Of a stretch of DNA of 64,000 nucleotides, positions 31,810 to 41,022 are shown one piece after another. A program made the translations under genes and the position numbers. Under the pieces are notes generated by a model that did no database searches, had not been told where the DNA came from, and saw only the letters and a list, made by a program, of their open reading frames with translations. Origin of the DNA: an uncultured Pelagibacteraceae bacterium. Lineage in GTDB: Bacteria > Pseudomonadota > Alphaproteobacteria > Pelagibacterales > Pelagibacteraceae. The stretch covers positions 85,483 through 149,482 of the forward strand of contig CACGDW010000001.1 of the NCBI GenBank assembly GCA_902571925.1, read 5' to 3'. How positions within the stretch are numbered: position 1 is the first letter of the stretch; the number at the start of each line of letters is the position of its first letter.

Positions 31810-32386
31810 TGTTTTTATCTTCCTGTTGAGAAGTTCTCATTAAAATTTTATCTGTTTCTTCTGCAACTACTATTCTTGCAGGCCATTGACCAGTTTGGAT
31901 ACAAATTATTGATCTAAACACTTCTCCTATTCCTTGAATAATTAACATAATCCCTGCAGCTGGAATCATAGATTTTACCATATAAATTTGGATTTGAGCA
32001 GGACTGCTCCAACTTGTTTCTTTTATTTTCCAAGCTTGTGCTGCGTATTCGTAACCATAAAAAGCTAAAGCTATAACTCCTGGAAAGAAAAAAATGAAGT
32101 AAAGCACCAAATCAATCCATGCCTGTGTTCTCTGACTAAATAACCTATAAATTACATCTCCTCTAACGTGAGCTTCTGTAGCTAAGCAGTATGCACCTGA
32201 CATCATTAATATAGCTCCATACATCTGCATACTAAAATCAAAATTCCATAACGTCGGCTTATTAAAAGCATAAGCCATGACCACCTCATAAACTGTTCCC
32301 CCCATTAAAATAACAATACACCAAGAAAAAGCTTTTCCCATTGAAGTACTAAGTGTATCTGCAAATCTAATGTAGGATGACATCAT
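31799..32386 (-). CDS. TRAP transporter small permease (DctQ)
   Basis: 4 TM, YEVV, HVRGD. Confidence 0.9.
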   Translation of the reverse strand: MMSSYIRFADTLSTSMGKAFSWCIVILMGGTVYEVVMAYAFNKPTLWNFDFSMQMYGAILMMSGAYCLATEAHVRGDVIYRLFSQRTQAWIDLVLYFIFFFPGVIALAFYGYEYAAQAWKIKETSWSSPAQIQIYMVKSMIPAAGIMLIIQGIGEVFRSIICIQTGQWPARIVVAEETDKILMRTSQQEDKNNAI

Positions 32387-32413
32387 AATTATTAAAGTAT
32401 CGTAAATTTAAGT

Positions 32414-32443
32414 AAAAAAAAAGGGGGTTTTTAAACCCCCTTT
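32414..32443 (-). terminator. Intrinsic terminator/hairpin between dctP and dctQ
   Basis: AAAGGGGGTTT-TT-AAACCCCCTTT, followed by T9 on the minus strand. Confidence 0.8.
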
Positions 32444-32464
32444 ATTTTAATTTTTTAAAGCTAA

Positions 32465-33622
32465 TTAAATCTTAACTTTTCCAATTGGACCAAACTCATT
32501 TTCATAAGCTAACTTGTAGTTCGGTTGATTCATCAACAGATACTTCATTGTTCTTTTAGCGTATGCTTTCTGAGATGCGATAATTTTCTTAAAGAAAGGA
32601 TCTTTTCCAGAAAATTCCTTAACAATTTTATCCCAGCCTTTTAACTGTTCAGCTAAAATAGCATCAGATGTTTGGTAAACATTAACCTTATGCTCGTTCA
32701 TCAGCTTAGCTAAGTCAGCAGAATATCTAACTAAAGCTTTAAAGTAGTTATCTGAGTTTGCAGCATAAGCAGCATTTTTCAAGATAGCTTGATGAGCAGG
32801 TGAAAGGCTGTTGTATCTTTTCTTGTTCACCGGTATCTCAAACATTTCTTGAGACTGGTGGAAACTACCTAAGTGGTAGTGTTTAGATACATCTTGCATT
32901 CCAAACTGTGAGTCTGATGTTGGGTTGTTAAATTCAGCAGCATCAATCAAACCAGTTTTCATTGCTGGTTGAATTTCACCACCTGGTAATTGTCTTACAA
33001 CCATTCCCATCGCAGTTAAAACGTTAGTCGCTAAACCAACTGTTCTATACTTCATACCTTTAACATCAGATACTTTTGTTACATTCTTTTTAAACCAACC
33101 AAATGGTTGAGCTGGCATTGGCATATGAAAGAATCCAATATAATCAAATCCAACTGAAGCTACAGCTTGATCATATAATTTTCTTCCTCCACCATATTCC
33201 ATCCATCCCATAACTTCCTGAGATGACATTCCATATGAGGGACCAGTTCCAAAAAGTGAAGCAGCAGGATTTTTACCATACCAATATGCAGTCACCCAGT
33301 GACCCATATCTAGGTTACCATCACTAACAGCAGCTCCAATTTCAGAAGTTTTTACTACTGAACCAACTGGTTGAAGGTCAATCTTAAGTGAACCTCCAGA
33401 CATTTCTTTAACCATGTTGCAATAGTCTCCAGCCATTTCAAAAAAAATGTTTGCGCCTGAAGGCCAAGCTGCTTGCATTTTTAAAGTTACATGACCGTCT
33501 GATCTTGCAATGTTTGGCATTGCTACAGTAGCAGCAGCAACAGCTCCTGCTTTAGCGGCAGTTTTAAAGAACTTACGTCTTGAAGATGTTTTAATCTTCA
33601 ATGATTTATTTTCTTTTGTCAT
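32465..33622 (-). CDS. TRAP solute-binding protein (TakP-like) with Tat signal
   Basis: SSRRKFFK twin-Arg leader, MPNIAR, YWYGK, GWFKK, DAAEFNNP; GAGGAG RBS. Confidence 0.93.
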   Translation of the reverse strand: MTKENKSLKIKTSSRRKFFKTAAKAGAVAAATVAMPNIARSDGHVTLKMQAAWPSGANIFFEMAGDYCNMVKEMSGGSLKIDLQPVGSVVKTSEIGAAVSDGNLDMGHWVTAYWYGKNPAASLFGTGPSYGMSSQEVMGWMEYGGGRKLYDQAVASVGFDYIGFFHMPMPAQPFGWFKKNVTKVSDVKGMKYRTVGLATNVLTAMGMVVRQLPGGEIQPAMKTGLIDAAEFNNPTSDSQFGMQDVSKHYHLGSFHQSQEMFEIPVNKKRYNSLSPAHQAILKNAAYAANSDNYFKALVRYSADLAKLMNEHKVNVYQTSDAILAEQLKGWDKIVKEFSGKDPFFKKIIASQKAYAKRTMKYLLMNQPNYKLAYENEFGPIGKVKI

Positions 33623-33686
33623 TATTTCTCCTCTAGTAGTTAATTAACTGAATAATTTAAACATAAAATCTGATTAGAGTCTTTCT

Positions 33687-33707
33687 AAAAAAAAGCGTAG
33701 TTGACGC
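33687..33707 (-). terminator. Possible weak terminator after the 2-hydroxyacid dehydrogenase
   Basis: Minus strand GCGT-CAACT-ACGC followed by T8. Confidence 0.35.
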
Positions 33708-33739
33708 AGAAGTTGAATTTTATACAATCCTGAGTAGAA

Positions 33740-34693
33740 TTAGTTGACTTTATTTTTGCATTTTCCTGTTTTAAAAAATTCATCAATATTGTCGATTGCT
33801 AGATTAGCCATAGCTATTCTAGTGTCTTTAGTGGCACTACCTAAATGAGGTAAAATAAAAGCCGATTTTATTTTTAAATAACCTGGATTCAAATTTGGTT
33901 CATTTTTATAAACATCTAAACCAGTTGCATAAATTTTTCTTCGATTTAAAGCATCAATTAAAGCTTCATCGTCAATTATATCTCCTCTAGCAATATTGGT
34001 TATTACCGCCCCTTTCGGAAAATACTCAACTGTTTCTTTATTAATCATATTTTCAGTTTCTTTTGTAGCTGGGCAACAAATAGATAAAACATCTGAAACA
34101 GCAAAAAGACTTTTTAAGCTATTGTGGTAAATTGCTCCTTTTTCTTTCTCTGGACTTAATTTTGATCGGTTATGATAATGAATTATCATCCCTAATGATT
34201 TAGCGATACTTGCAATTTTTTGTCCAATCCTCCCCATTCCTAAAACTCCTAATCTTGTTCCCGTTAGTTGTTTTCCAATTAAATAATCTGCAGACCATTT
34301 CCATCCGCCTTCTTTTGCTGACTCTATCCCCTCAGCAGCTCTTCTACATGCTCCTAAAATTAACAAAACACCTATTTCTGCGGTTGCATCAGAAAGTACC
34401 TCAGGCGTATTTGTTACAATAATATCTCTTTTTTTTGCTGCTTCTAAATCAATATTTCCAAAACCAACTGCAAAGTTTGAAATTATCTTCACAGTACCAG
34501 GCAACTTATCTATTGTTTGTTTATCCATTTTATCTGTTAATGATGATAAAATTCCATCACACCCATTACTCATTTCTATTACTTTTGATTGTGAATATAA
34601 TTCATCATTAGAATTTAATTTTGCATCAAAAGTTTTCAAAGCTTTGTCTTCACTATCTTTAATTAATTTTCTAGTGATTAAAATTTTTGTCAT
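33740..34693 (-). CDS. D-2-hydroxyacid dehydrogenase (glyoxylate/hydroxypyruvate reductase-like)
   Basis: GMGRIG, NIARG, LDVYKNEP, PHLGSAT. Confidence 0.9.
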   Translation of the reverse strand: MTKILITRKLIKDSEDKALKTFDAKLNSNDELYSQSKVIEMSNGCDGILSSLTDKMDKQTIDKLPGTVKIISNFAVGFGNIDLEAAKKRDIIVTNTPEVLSDATAEIGVLLILGACRRAAEGIESAKEGGWKWSADYLIGKQLTGTRLGVLGMGRIGQKIASIAKSLGMIIHYHNRSKLSPEKEKGAIYHNSLKSLFAVSDVLSICCPATKETENMINKETVEYFPKGAVITNIARGDIIDDEALIDALNRRKIYATGLDVYKNEPNLNPGYLKIKSAFILPHLGSATKDTRIAMANLAIDNIDEFFKTGKCKNKVN

Positions 34694-34703
34694 TTTATAT
34701 TGA

Positions 34704-36077
34704 TTAGTTTAAATCAAATATTTTGCCAGGATTCATTATGTTATTCTGATCAATGCTTTTTTTAATAGATTTCATTAATGGAATGCAATCACCATGTTCT
34801 TGTAATAAGTAAGCTTTTTTATGTAAACCAACACCATGTTCACCTGTTATCGTTCCATTTAATTCTAAAGTTTTTTTAATTAAAAGATCACTAAAGTCCC
34901 TTATCTTATTGTATATTCCTTCCTCTTTAGGATCATAAGGTAATATTACGTGGAAATTACCGTCTCCTAAATGACCAACCATAGGAGCTCTTAGACCAAA
35001 TTTTTTAGTTTCTTCTTCAGCAAAATTTACACATTCTGTTATATTTGATATTGGAAGACATACATCAGTTGAATATACTCTTCCATTATTTATTAAAGCT
35101 TTTACAGAATAATAAACATCCCATCTTGCTTTCCAAAGTTTATTTCTCTCTTCTAAATCTTTCGCCCATTTAAATGAACTTCCACCGTTATCTTTTGAAA
35201 TTTCTTCGACTAATTTAATATTTTCTTGGTTAGACGCTTCTGAACCATGAAATTCAAAAAATAATGTGGGTACTGCCTTCATATCTTTGAGTTTTGAATA
35301 ATTTATACTTATTTCCATTTGTTCCTTATTAAGCATCTCAATCCTTGCTATTGGAACGCCATATTGAATTACTTGTTGAGCCGTTTGAACTGCTTTTTCT
35401 AAAGATGGAAAATGACATACTGCGCTCATAATACTTTCTGGTATTGGTGATAATCTTAATTGAACCTCTGTAATAATTCCCAAAGTTCCTTCTGAGCCAA
35501 TAAAAAGGTTAGTTAAATTATAGCCAGCTGAGGTTTTTTTAGTTCTGCTTCCAGTATTAATAATATCGCCATTTGGTAAGACAACTGTTAGACCCGTGAT
35601 TACAGTTTTCATAGTCCCATATTTAACTGCCATAGTTCCTGAGGCAGACGTTGATGCCATTCCTCCTATTGCAGCGTTTGCACCCGGATCTATTGGAAAA
35701 AAAACTCCATCCTCTCTTAAATATTCATTTAATTGTTCTTTAGTGACACAAGCCTGCACCCTACAATCAAAATCTAATGCATTGACACTTAGAATTTTGT
35801 TCATTTTTTCTAAAGAAATAGTAATCCCCTTGTCATTTCCAACAACGTTTCCTTCTAAAGACGTTCCAGTACCAAAAGGTACTACTGGAATTTTATGTTT
35901 ATTACATAAAGTTAATATTTTTGAAACTTCCTCATTTGTTTCTGGAAAAACTACTGCTTTGGATAAGACCGGATCATAGGTGTCTTCGCCTCTTGCATAA
36001 TTTGCTCTAGTAGACTCTGAGGTAGAAAATCTTCCATTAAAAATTTTTTTTAATTCTGCTTGAACTTGATCATTCAT
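34704..36077 (-). CDS. FAD-linked oxidase, D-lactate dehydrogenase/GlcD-like
   Basis: PFGTGTSLEG, FPIDPGA, GSEGTLG, GHLGDGNFH, GEHGVG, NPGK. Confidence 0.9.
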   Translation of the reverse strand: MNDQVQAELKKIFNGRFSTSESTRANYARGEDTYDPVLSKAVVFPETNEEVSKILTLCNKHKIPVVPFGTGTSLEGNVVGNDKGITISLEKMNKILSVNALDFDCRVQACVTKEQLNEYLREDGVFFPIDPGANAAIGGMASTSASGTMAVKYGTMKTVITGLTVVLPNGDIINTGSRTKKTSAGYNLTNLFIGSEGTLGIITEVQLRLSPIPESIMSAVCHFPSLEKAVQTAQQVIQYGVPIARIEMLNKEQMEISINYSKLKDMKAVPTLFFEFHGSEASNQENIKLVEEISKDNGGSSFKWAKDLEERNKLWKARWDVYYSVKALINNGRVYSTDVCLPISNITECVNFAEEETKKFGLRAPMVGHLGDGNFHVILPYDPKEEGIYNKIRDFSDLLIKKTLELNGTITGEHGVGLHKKAYLLQEHGDCIPLMKSIKKSIDQNNIMNPGKIFDLN

Positions 36078-36116
36078 TTCAAAGAATACTAATAAAATTT
36101 AAGGTAAAAATACAGC

Positions 36117-37283
36117 TTATTTAGTTAGCATTTTCTTTATATTTTCTAGAGCTTGAGAAATATTATCCCTAGAAGCAGCAAAACTAAATCTTACATAGTC
36201 TTTACATGATTTACCAAAAGCAGTCCCTGGTACAATTGCTACTCCAGCTTCATGCATAGCTTTTTTACAAAATTCAGAGCCATCCATTCCTGTTCCACTA
36301 ACTTTTGGAAATGCATAAAAAGCTCCACCTGGTAAACTACACTCTACACCAGGAAGATCATTTAACCCATCATGGATTAATTTTCTTCTCAATGTAAACT
36401 TTTCCATCATTTCATTGATAGAATCATCTGGTCCATCTAAAGCAGCTATGCCTGCAAATTGTGCAGCAGCATTTACACAAGACACACTATTTATCAAAAG
36501 TTTATTTACGTGTGGCACTAATTCTTTAGGCCAAAAACTCCAACCTAATCTCCATCCTGTCATTGAATATGCTTTACTCCATCCTTCTAGTACAATTAAT
36601 CTCTCCCTCAATTCTGGGTAATTAAAAAAAGATGGCATTTCTTTATTGTCAAAAATTTGTCTGCTATAAATTTCGTCACTCAAAATAGTTACATGTGGAT
36701 GTTTTTTTAATCCATCAGCCAAAACATCTATTTGTGATTTTTCTACAAAACTTCCTGTAGGATTATTTGGATTTATTAATATTAACAATCTTGTTTTATC
36801 AGTAATTAGTGACAATATTTTTTCTGGATTGAATTTTAAATCTTTGTCCTCTGTCAAGTCATAAGTTACAGAAGTTGACCCCGTATAATTGATCATTGAC
36901 TCATAAATTGGAAAAGCAGGGGTTGGATGAATTATTTCTGCACCTGGTTCTCCAAAACATTGAATTGCATAACTCATTGTAGGTTTGCCACCTGGCATGA
37001 TTAAAATTCTTTCAGCATCTACTTCAGCATTATATCTTTTCTTAACCCATCTCGTAACAGATTGTCTGCATTCTAAAATTCCATTTGATAAAACATATCC
37101 ATGATGACCATCGTCTAAAGCTTTTTTCGCAGCTTCAACAACGTGTTTAGGTGTTTTAAAATCTGGCTGACCTAGCCCCAAATGAATCATTGGATTTCCT
37201 TTGGCCTCTAACGCCTTTGCTTCAGCTAAAACAGAGAAAGCTGATTCTGTACCTAAATTATCTAAATTTTTTGCTAGCTTCAT
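36117..37283 (-). CDS. PLP-dependent aminotransferase class I/II
   Basis: NPNNPTG, SDEIY, GWSKAYSMTGWRLG. Confidence 0.92.
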   Translation of the reverse strand: MKLAKNLDNLGTESAFSVLAEAKALEAKGNPMIHLGLGQPDFKTPKHVVEAAKKALDDGHHGYVLSNGILECRQSVTRWVKKRYNAEVDAERILIMPGGKPTMSYAIQCFGEPGAEIIHPTPAFPIYESMINYTGSTSVTYDLTEDKDLKFNPEKILSLITDKTRLLILINPNNPTGSFVEKSQIDVLADGLKKHPHVTILSDEIYSRQIFDNKEMPSFFNYPELRERLIVLEGWSKAYSMTGWRLGWSFWPKELVPHVNKLLINSVSCVNAAAQFAGIAALDGPDDSINEMMEKFTLRRKLIHDGLNDLPGVECSLPGGAFYAFPKVSGTGMDGSEFCKKAMHEAGVAIVPGTAFGKSCKDYVRFSFAASRDNISQALENIKKMLTK

Positions 37284-37301
37284 GATAATATTTTTTAATT
37301 T

Positions 37302-38459
37302 CTAAGACCTATTTCTATAAATTAATTTTGAACTATTCAACTCTTTTAAATTTTTACACCCCATCAATACCATATTTCTATTTATTTCGTCGTGCATGTT
37401 TTGTAAAAGATGCTCAACACCTTTTTGACCACCTGCGGCTAAAGAAAACAAAAACATTTTTCCAAAACTACATGCTTTCGCTCCTGCAGCAATTGCTTTT
37501 AGAACATGAGTTCCTCTTCTAACACCACCATCTAAAATAATCTCTAGTTTATCACCTACAGCATCAGAAATTGCCTTAACTTGATCAAAAGGAGATCTTG
37601 ATCCATCGAGTTGACGCCCCCCATGATTTGATATCATTATCGCAGTGCATCCAATATCGATTGCCCTCTTGGCATCTTCGACTGACATAATTCCTTTTAA
37701 CGCAAAAGGTCCATTCCACCTCTTCGCACAATATTCTGCGTCTTTCCAACCCATAGCTGGATCATATTGCTCATTAATGTACTCAATTACCGACTTTGCT
37801 ATATTTGTTCCTTTGTCAGTTTTTTTTTTAACATTAGATAATTCAAATCTTTTTCCAGTAAAATAATTAAATACCCAACCGGGTCTCATTGCGAAGCTCA
37901 TTAAGCTTTGTAAAGTTAATTTTGGAGGGGTAGTAAATCCTGTTCTATGGTCCTTCTCCCTATTTCCAGCAACTAAAGTGTCAACAGTTAAACACATTGC
38001 ATCAAATCCGGATCTTCTTGATCTATCTATTAAATCATCTGAGATTGATCTATCTTTATGGACATAAAGTTGAAATAGTTTTGGGCCACCTGAAATATTT
38101 GATACTTCCTCAATAGTATTATTGCCCATTGATGACATGCTATAAAAGGTTCCAAATTTTTCGGCAGCCCTTGCTGACGCTTTATCACCATCAGGATGAT
38201 ATAATCTTTGCATAGCAGCTGGGGAAAGAAAAATAGGCATATCTATTTTTCTTCCAAATAAAGTAGTCGATAAATCAGGTTTACCAACGCTTGCAAGAAC
38301 ATTCGGAATTAAATCACAATCATTAAAAGACTCTGTATTTCTTCTTAGAGTTGACTCATCATCAGATCCACCATCTATGTAATGAAAAATTGGTGAAGGT
38401 AATTTCTTTTTTGCTAACTTTCTAAAATCTTCAAAATTATGACAGTTTTTTAAACTCAC
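37302..38459 (-). CDS. FMN-dependent alpha-hydroxy acid dehydrogenase (LldD-like), copy 2
   Basis: YIDGG, FQLY, LTVD, SNHGGRQLD, DGGVRRG; GTG start overlapping the upstream stop. Confidence 0.92.
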   Translation of the reverse strand: MSLKNCHNFEDFRKLAKKKLPSPIFHYIDGGSDDESTLRRNTESFNDCDLIPNVLASVGKPDLSTTLFGRKIDMPIFLSPAAMQRLYHPDGDKASARAAEKFGTFYSMSSMGNNTIEEVSNISGGPKLFQLYVHKDRSISDDLIDRSRRSGFDAMCLTVDTLVAGNREKDHRTGFTTPPKLTLQSLMSFAMRPGWVFNYFTGKRFELSNVKKKTDKGTNIAKSVIEYINEQYDPAMGWKDAEYCAKRWNGPFALKGIMSVEDAKRAIDIGCTAIMISNHGGRQLDGSRSPFDQVKAISDAVGDKLEIILDGGVRRGTHVLKAIAAGAKACSFGKMFLFSLAAGGQKGVEHLLQNMHDEINRNMVLMGCKNLKELNSSKLIYRNRS

Positions 38460-39610
38460 TATTTTCGAAATCGTAAATTACTTCTACTTAAGTCACTTAT
38501 CTTTGTACAGCCCATCAACTTCATATCTCTTTGTAGTTCAGATTTGTATTGTCCTAACGCTCTTTCTACACCCGCTTGTCCAGCTGCGGCTAAAGCATAT
38601 AAATATAATCTACCTCCAGAGCATGCTTTTGCACCTAATGATAATGCTTTTAACATATGAGTACCTCTATGAATTCCTCCTTCACATATTACATCAAGTT
38701 TATCTCCTACAGCATCTACAATCTCAGCAAGTTGATCAAAAGGAGATCTAGATCCATCAAGCTGACGTCCACCATGATTTGAAACCATTATTCCTGTGCA
38801 TCCTATATCTACAGCCCTTTTAGCATCTTCAACACTCATTACACCTTTAAGTGCAAAATGCCCTCCCCATTGTGAACAAAGCTTTTCTGCGTCTTTCCAA
38901 TTCATAGACTGATCTAGCATAGTAGAAAAATAATTACCAATCGAAGAATTGGTGCTTGTACCCTCTTTTACAAAATCTTGTAGATGTGGTAATTCAAACT
39001 TACCTTTGGTAAGATAGTTGATTCCCCACATTGGTTTTGTAGCAAAGCTAAATAAACTTGATAAAGTTAATTTTGGTGGTGAAGTAAAGCCCGTTCTTAA
39101 ATCTCTTTCTCGATTTCCGCCTGTTATTGTGTCTACTGTTAAAGCCATCACGTCAAATTTTGCAGCTTTAGCACGTTCTAAACAAGAATCATTTAAACCT
39201 CTATCTTTATGAAAATAAAATTGAAACATTTTTGGGGTATCAATCATGGAAGATATTTCTTCCACACTTACTGTGGCAAGAGCTGAGACTCCAAACATAG
39301 TATTAAATTTTTTAGCTGCTTTTCCAACTGCTCTTTCTCCGTCATAATGAAAAAGTCTTTGCAACGCAGTAGGTGCAAGATAAAAAGGAAGATCTAATTT
39401 TTTTCCAAATATTGTTGTCGATAAATCGACATTTTCTACACCTCTTAAAACATTTGGTACTAAATCTACATCATCAAAAGCACTTGTATTTCTGGCATAA
39501 GTAATCTCATCATCAGCTGCTCCATCAATATAATGAAATATAGGAGAAGGAAGTTTTTTTTTAGCTAATTTTCTAAAATCACTAAAATTATGGCAATTAT
39601 TTAAGTTCAT
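38459..39610 (-). CDS. FMN-dependent alpha-hydroxy acid dehydrogenase (LldD-like), copy 1
   Basis: YIDGA, FQFY, LTVD, SNHGGRQLD, EGGIHRG. Confidence 0.92.
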   Translation of the reverse strand: MNLNNCHNFSDFRKLAKKKLPSPIFHYIDGAADDEITYARNTSAFDDVDLVPNVLRGVENVDLSTTIFGKKLDLPFYLAPTALQRLFHYDGERAVGKAAKKFNTMFGVSALATVSVEEISSMIDTPKMFQFYFHKDRGLNDSCLERAKAAKFDVMALTVDTITGGNRERDLRTGFTSPPKLTLSSLFSFATKPMWGINYLTKGKFELPHLQDFVKEGTSTNSSIGNYFSTMLDQSMNWKDAEKLCSQWGGHFALKGVMSVEDAKRAVDIGCTGIMVSNHGGRQLDGSRSPFDQLAEIVDAVGDKLDVICEGGIHRGTHMLKALSLGAKACSGGRLYLYALAAAGQAGVERALGQYKSELQRDMKLMGCTKISDLSRSNLRFRK

Positions 39611-39618
39611 TAATTAAT

Positions 39619-40131
39619 TTAAAACTTTTTAAGCAAGTTAAACATATAACTATTTGCCCCAGGATTTTTATCTCCTAAACTTGCATTAGATAAGTGATTA
39701 TATGAAAAACCAAACTGACTATCTGAAGGTAAATCTAAAGATAGTTGTATTTCACTTTTGAACTCTAAAGCATGACCAAGATCTTTACCGTCTCCTTGGC
39801 TATAAAATCCTGGTGCAAAACTTGGGGTAAAATTTAAATTTCCAATCTTATATTGAGCTTGAACACCAGTATATAGATATGCAGCATTGTCTGCTGTCAT
39901 CATACCACCAGTTACAGGGGAAAGATTCCCTAAAAAAGTATCTCGATTTAATTCCTCATTTTGATGTTGGAAACCAATTAAAGTTGATCTTTTACCATCA
40001 TCACTGAAATCAAACATTCCGGTATAAACATTTAGTTCTGTATTTTTCTCTAATTTTACTTCTTCTGCAAACAATAAAGAAGAGCCCATGAAAAACACGA
40101 AAATGATTATAAATATCCTTTTAAACTTCAT
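39619..40131 (-). CDS. Lipid A 3-O-deacylase (PagL-like) outer-membrane protein
   Basis: Signal peptide, LEF, HLSNA catalytic motif, NPG, C-terminal Phe. Confidence 0.78.
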   Translation of the reverse strand: MKFKRIFIIIFVFFMGSSLLFAEEVKLEKNTELNVYTGMFDFSDDGKRSTLIGFQHQNEELNRDTFLGNLSPVTGGMMTADNAAYLYTGVQAQYKIGNLNFTPSFAPGFYSQGDGKDLGHALEFKSEIQLSLDLPSDSQFGFSYNHLSNASLGDKNPGANSYMFNLLKKF

Positions 40132-40144
40132 AAAATATGTATAC

Positions 40145-40510
40145 TTAATTTTTTTTTTGAATAAACAATTTTAGTATTATTGCACCACCAATTAAAAACA
40201 TCAAGATAGGTAATAACCACAGAAAATAAGTATTTTTGTTAAATTCAGGATCATATAATATCCATTCACCATATTTGCTTTTCAAATATTCATAAATTTG
40301 TTTTTCTTTAAGACCTTCATTCAGTTTTTTTTCAACCAATATTTTTAAACTATTAGCAAATTCAGAGTCAGAATCATAAACAGATTGCCCTTGACAAATT
40401 AAACACCTCAAATTTTTTGTAATTTCATTTTTAAGATCACTGTCCTGCGCATTTGATAAATTAGAATAAACTAAAAAAAAAATAACTATAAAAAATTTAA
40501 AAAATCTCAT
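40145..40510 (-). CDS. ccmH: Cytochrome c biogenesis protein CcmH (CcmL/CycL type)
   Basis: LRCLICQGQS, YGEWILYDP, LWLLP. Confidence 0.92.
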   Translation of the reverse strand: MRFFKFFIVIFFLVYSNLSNAQDSDLKNEITKNLRCLICQGQSVYDSDSEFANSLKILVEKKLNEGLKEKQIYEYLKSKYGEWILYDPEFNKNTYFLWLLPILMFLIGGAIILKLFIQKKN

Positions 40511-41022
40511 TGAATTAATATTTTTATTTCGGTTAATAACTCTTCATTAATTGGTCCTATAATTTTTTTCACAATTTTGTTATTATAAATTAAGAAAGAC
40601 TCTGGTACACCATAAGCCCCCCATTCAATTGCTACAGTTCCATCTTCATCTAATAAAATAACATCGTATGGATTGCTTAACTCTTTTAAAAAAATTTTTG
40701 CGTTCTTTTTATCATCTTTATAATTTAATCCTATAATTTTAATTTTTTCCTCTTTATTCAATTTTGTTAAAAAAGAATGTTCCTCTCTACAAGGAACACA
40801 CCAAGATGCCCATATATTTAAAAGATAAAATTTATCTTTTTGAAAAATTTTTTCTGAAATAAATTTATCATTGTTAAAAATCTTTGCTTTAAAAGATGGA
40901 ATATTTTCTTCAATTTTTAAATTTGGTGTGTAGATATTTGAATTTTGTAACCCTTTATAAAAGATAAAAAAAATGATCAAAAATATAAGTGTATAAATAA
41001 GAGGTGAAATTTTAATTTTCAT
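40507..41022 (-). CDS. ccmG: Thiol:disulfide interchange protein CcmG/DsbE
   Basis: WASWCVPCREEH, GAYGVPESF. Confidence 0.92.
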   Translation of the reverse strand: MKIKISPLIYTLIFLIIFFIFYKGLQNSNIYTPNLKIEENIPSFKAKIFNNDKFISEKIFQKDKFYLLNIWASWCVPCREEHSFLTKLNKEEKIKIIGLNYKDDKKNAKIFLKELSNPYDVILLDEDGTVAIEWGAYGVPESFLIYNNKIVKKIIGPINEELLTEIKILIQ

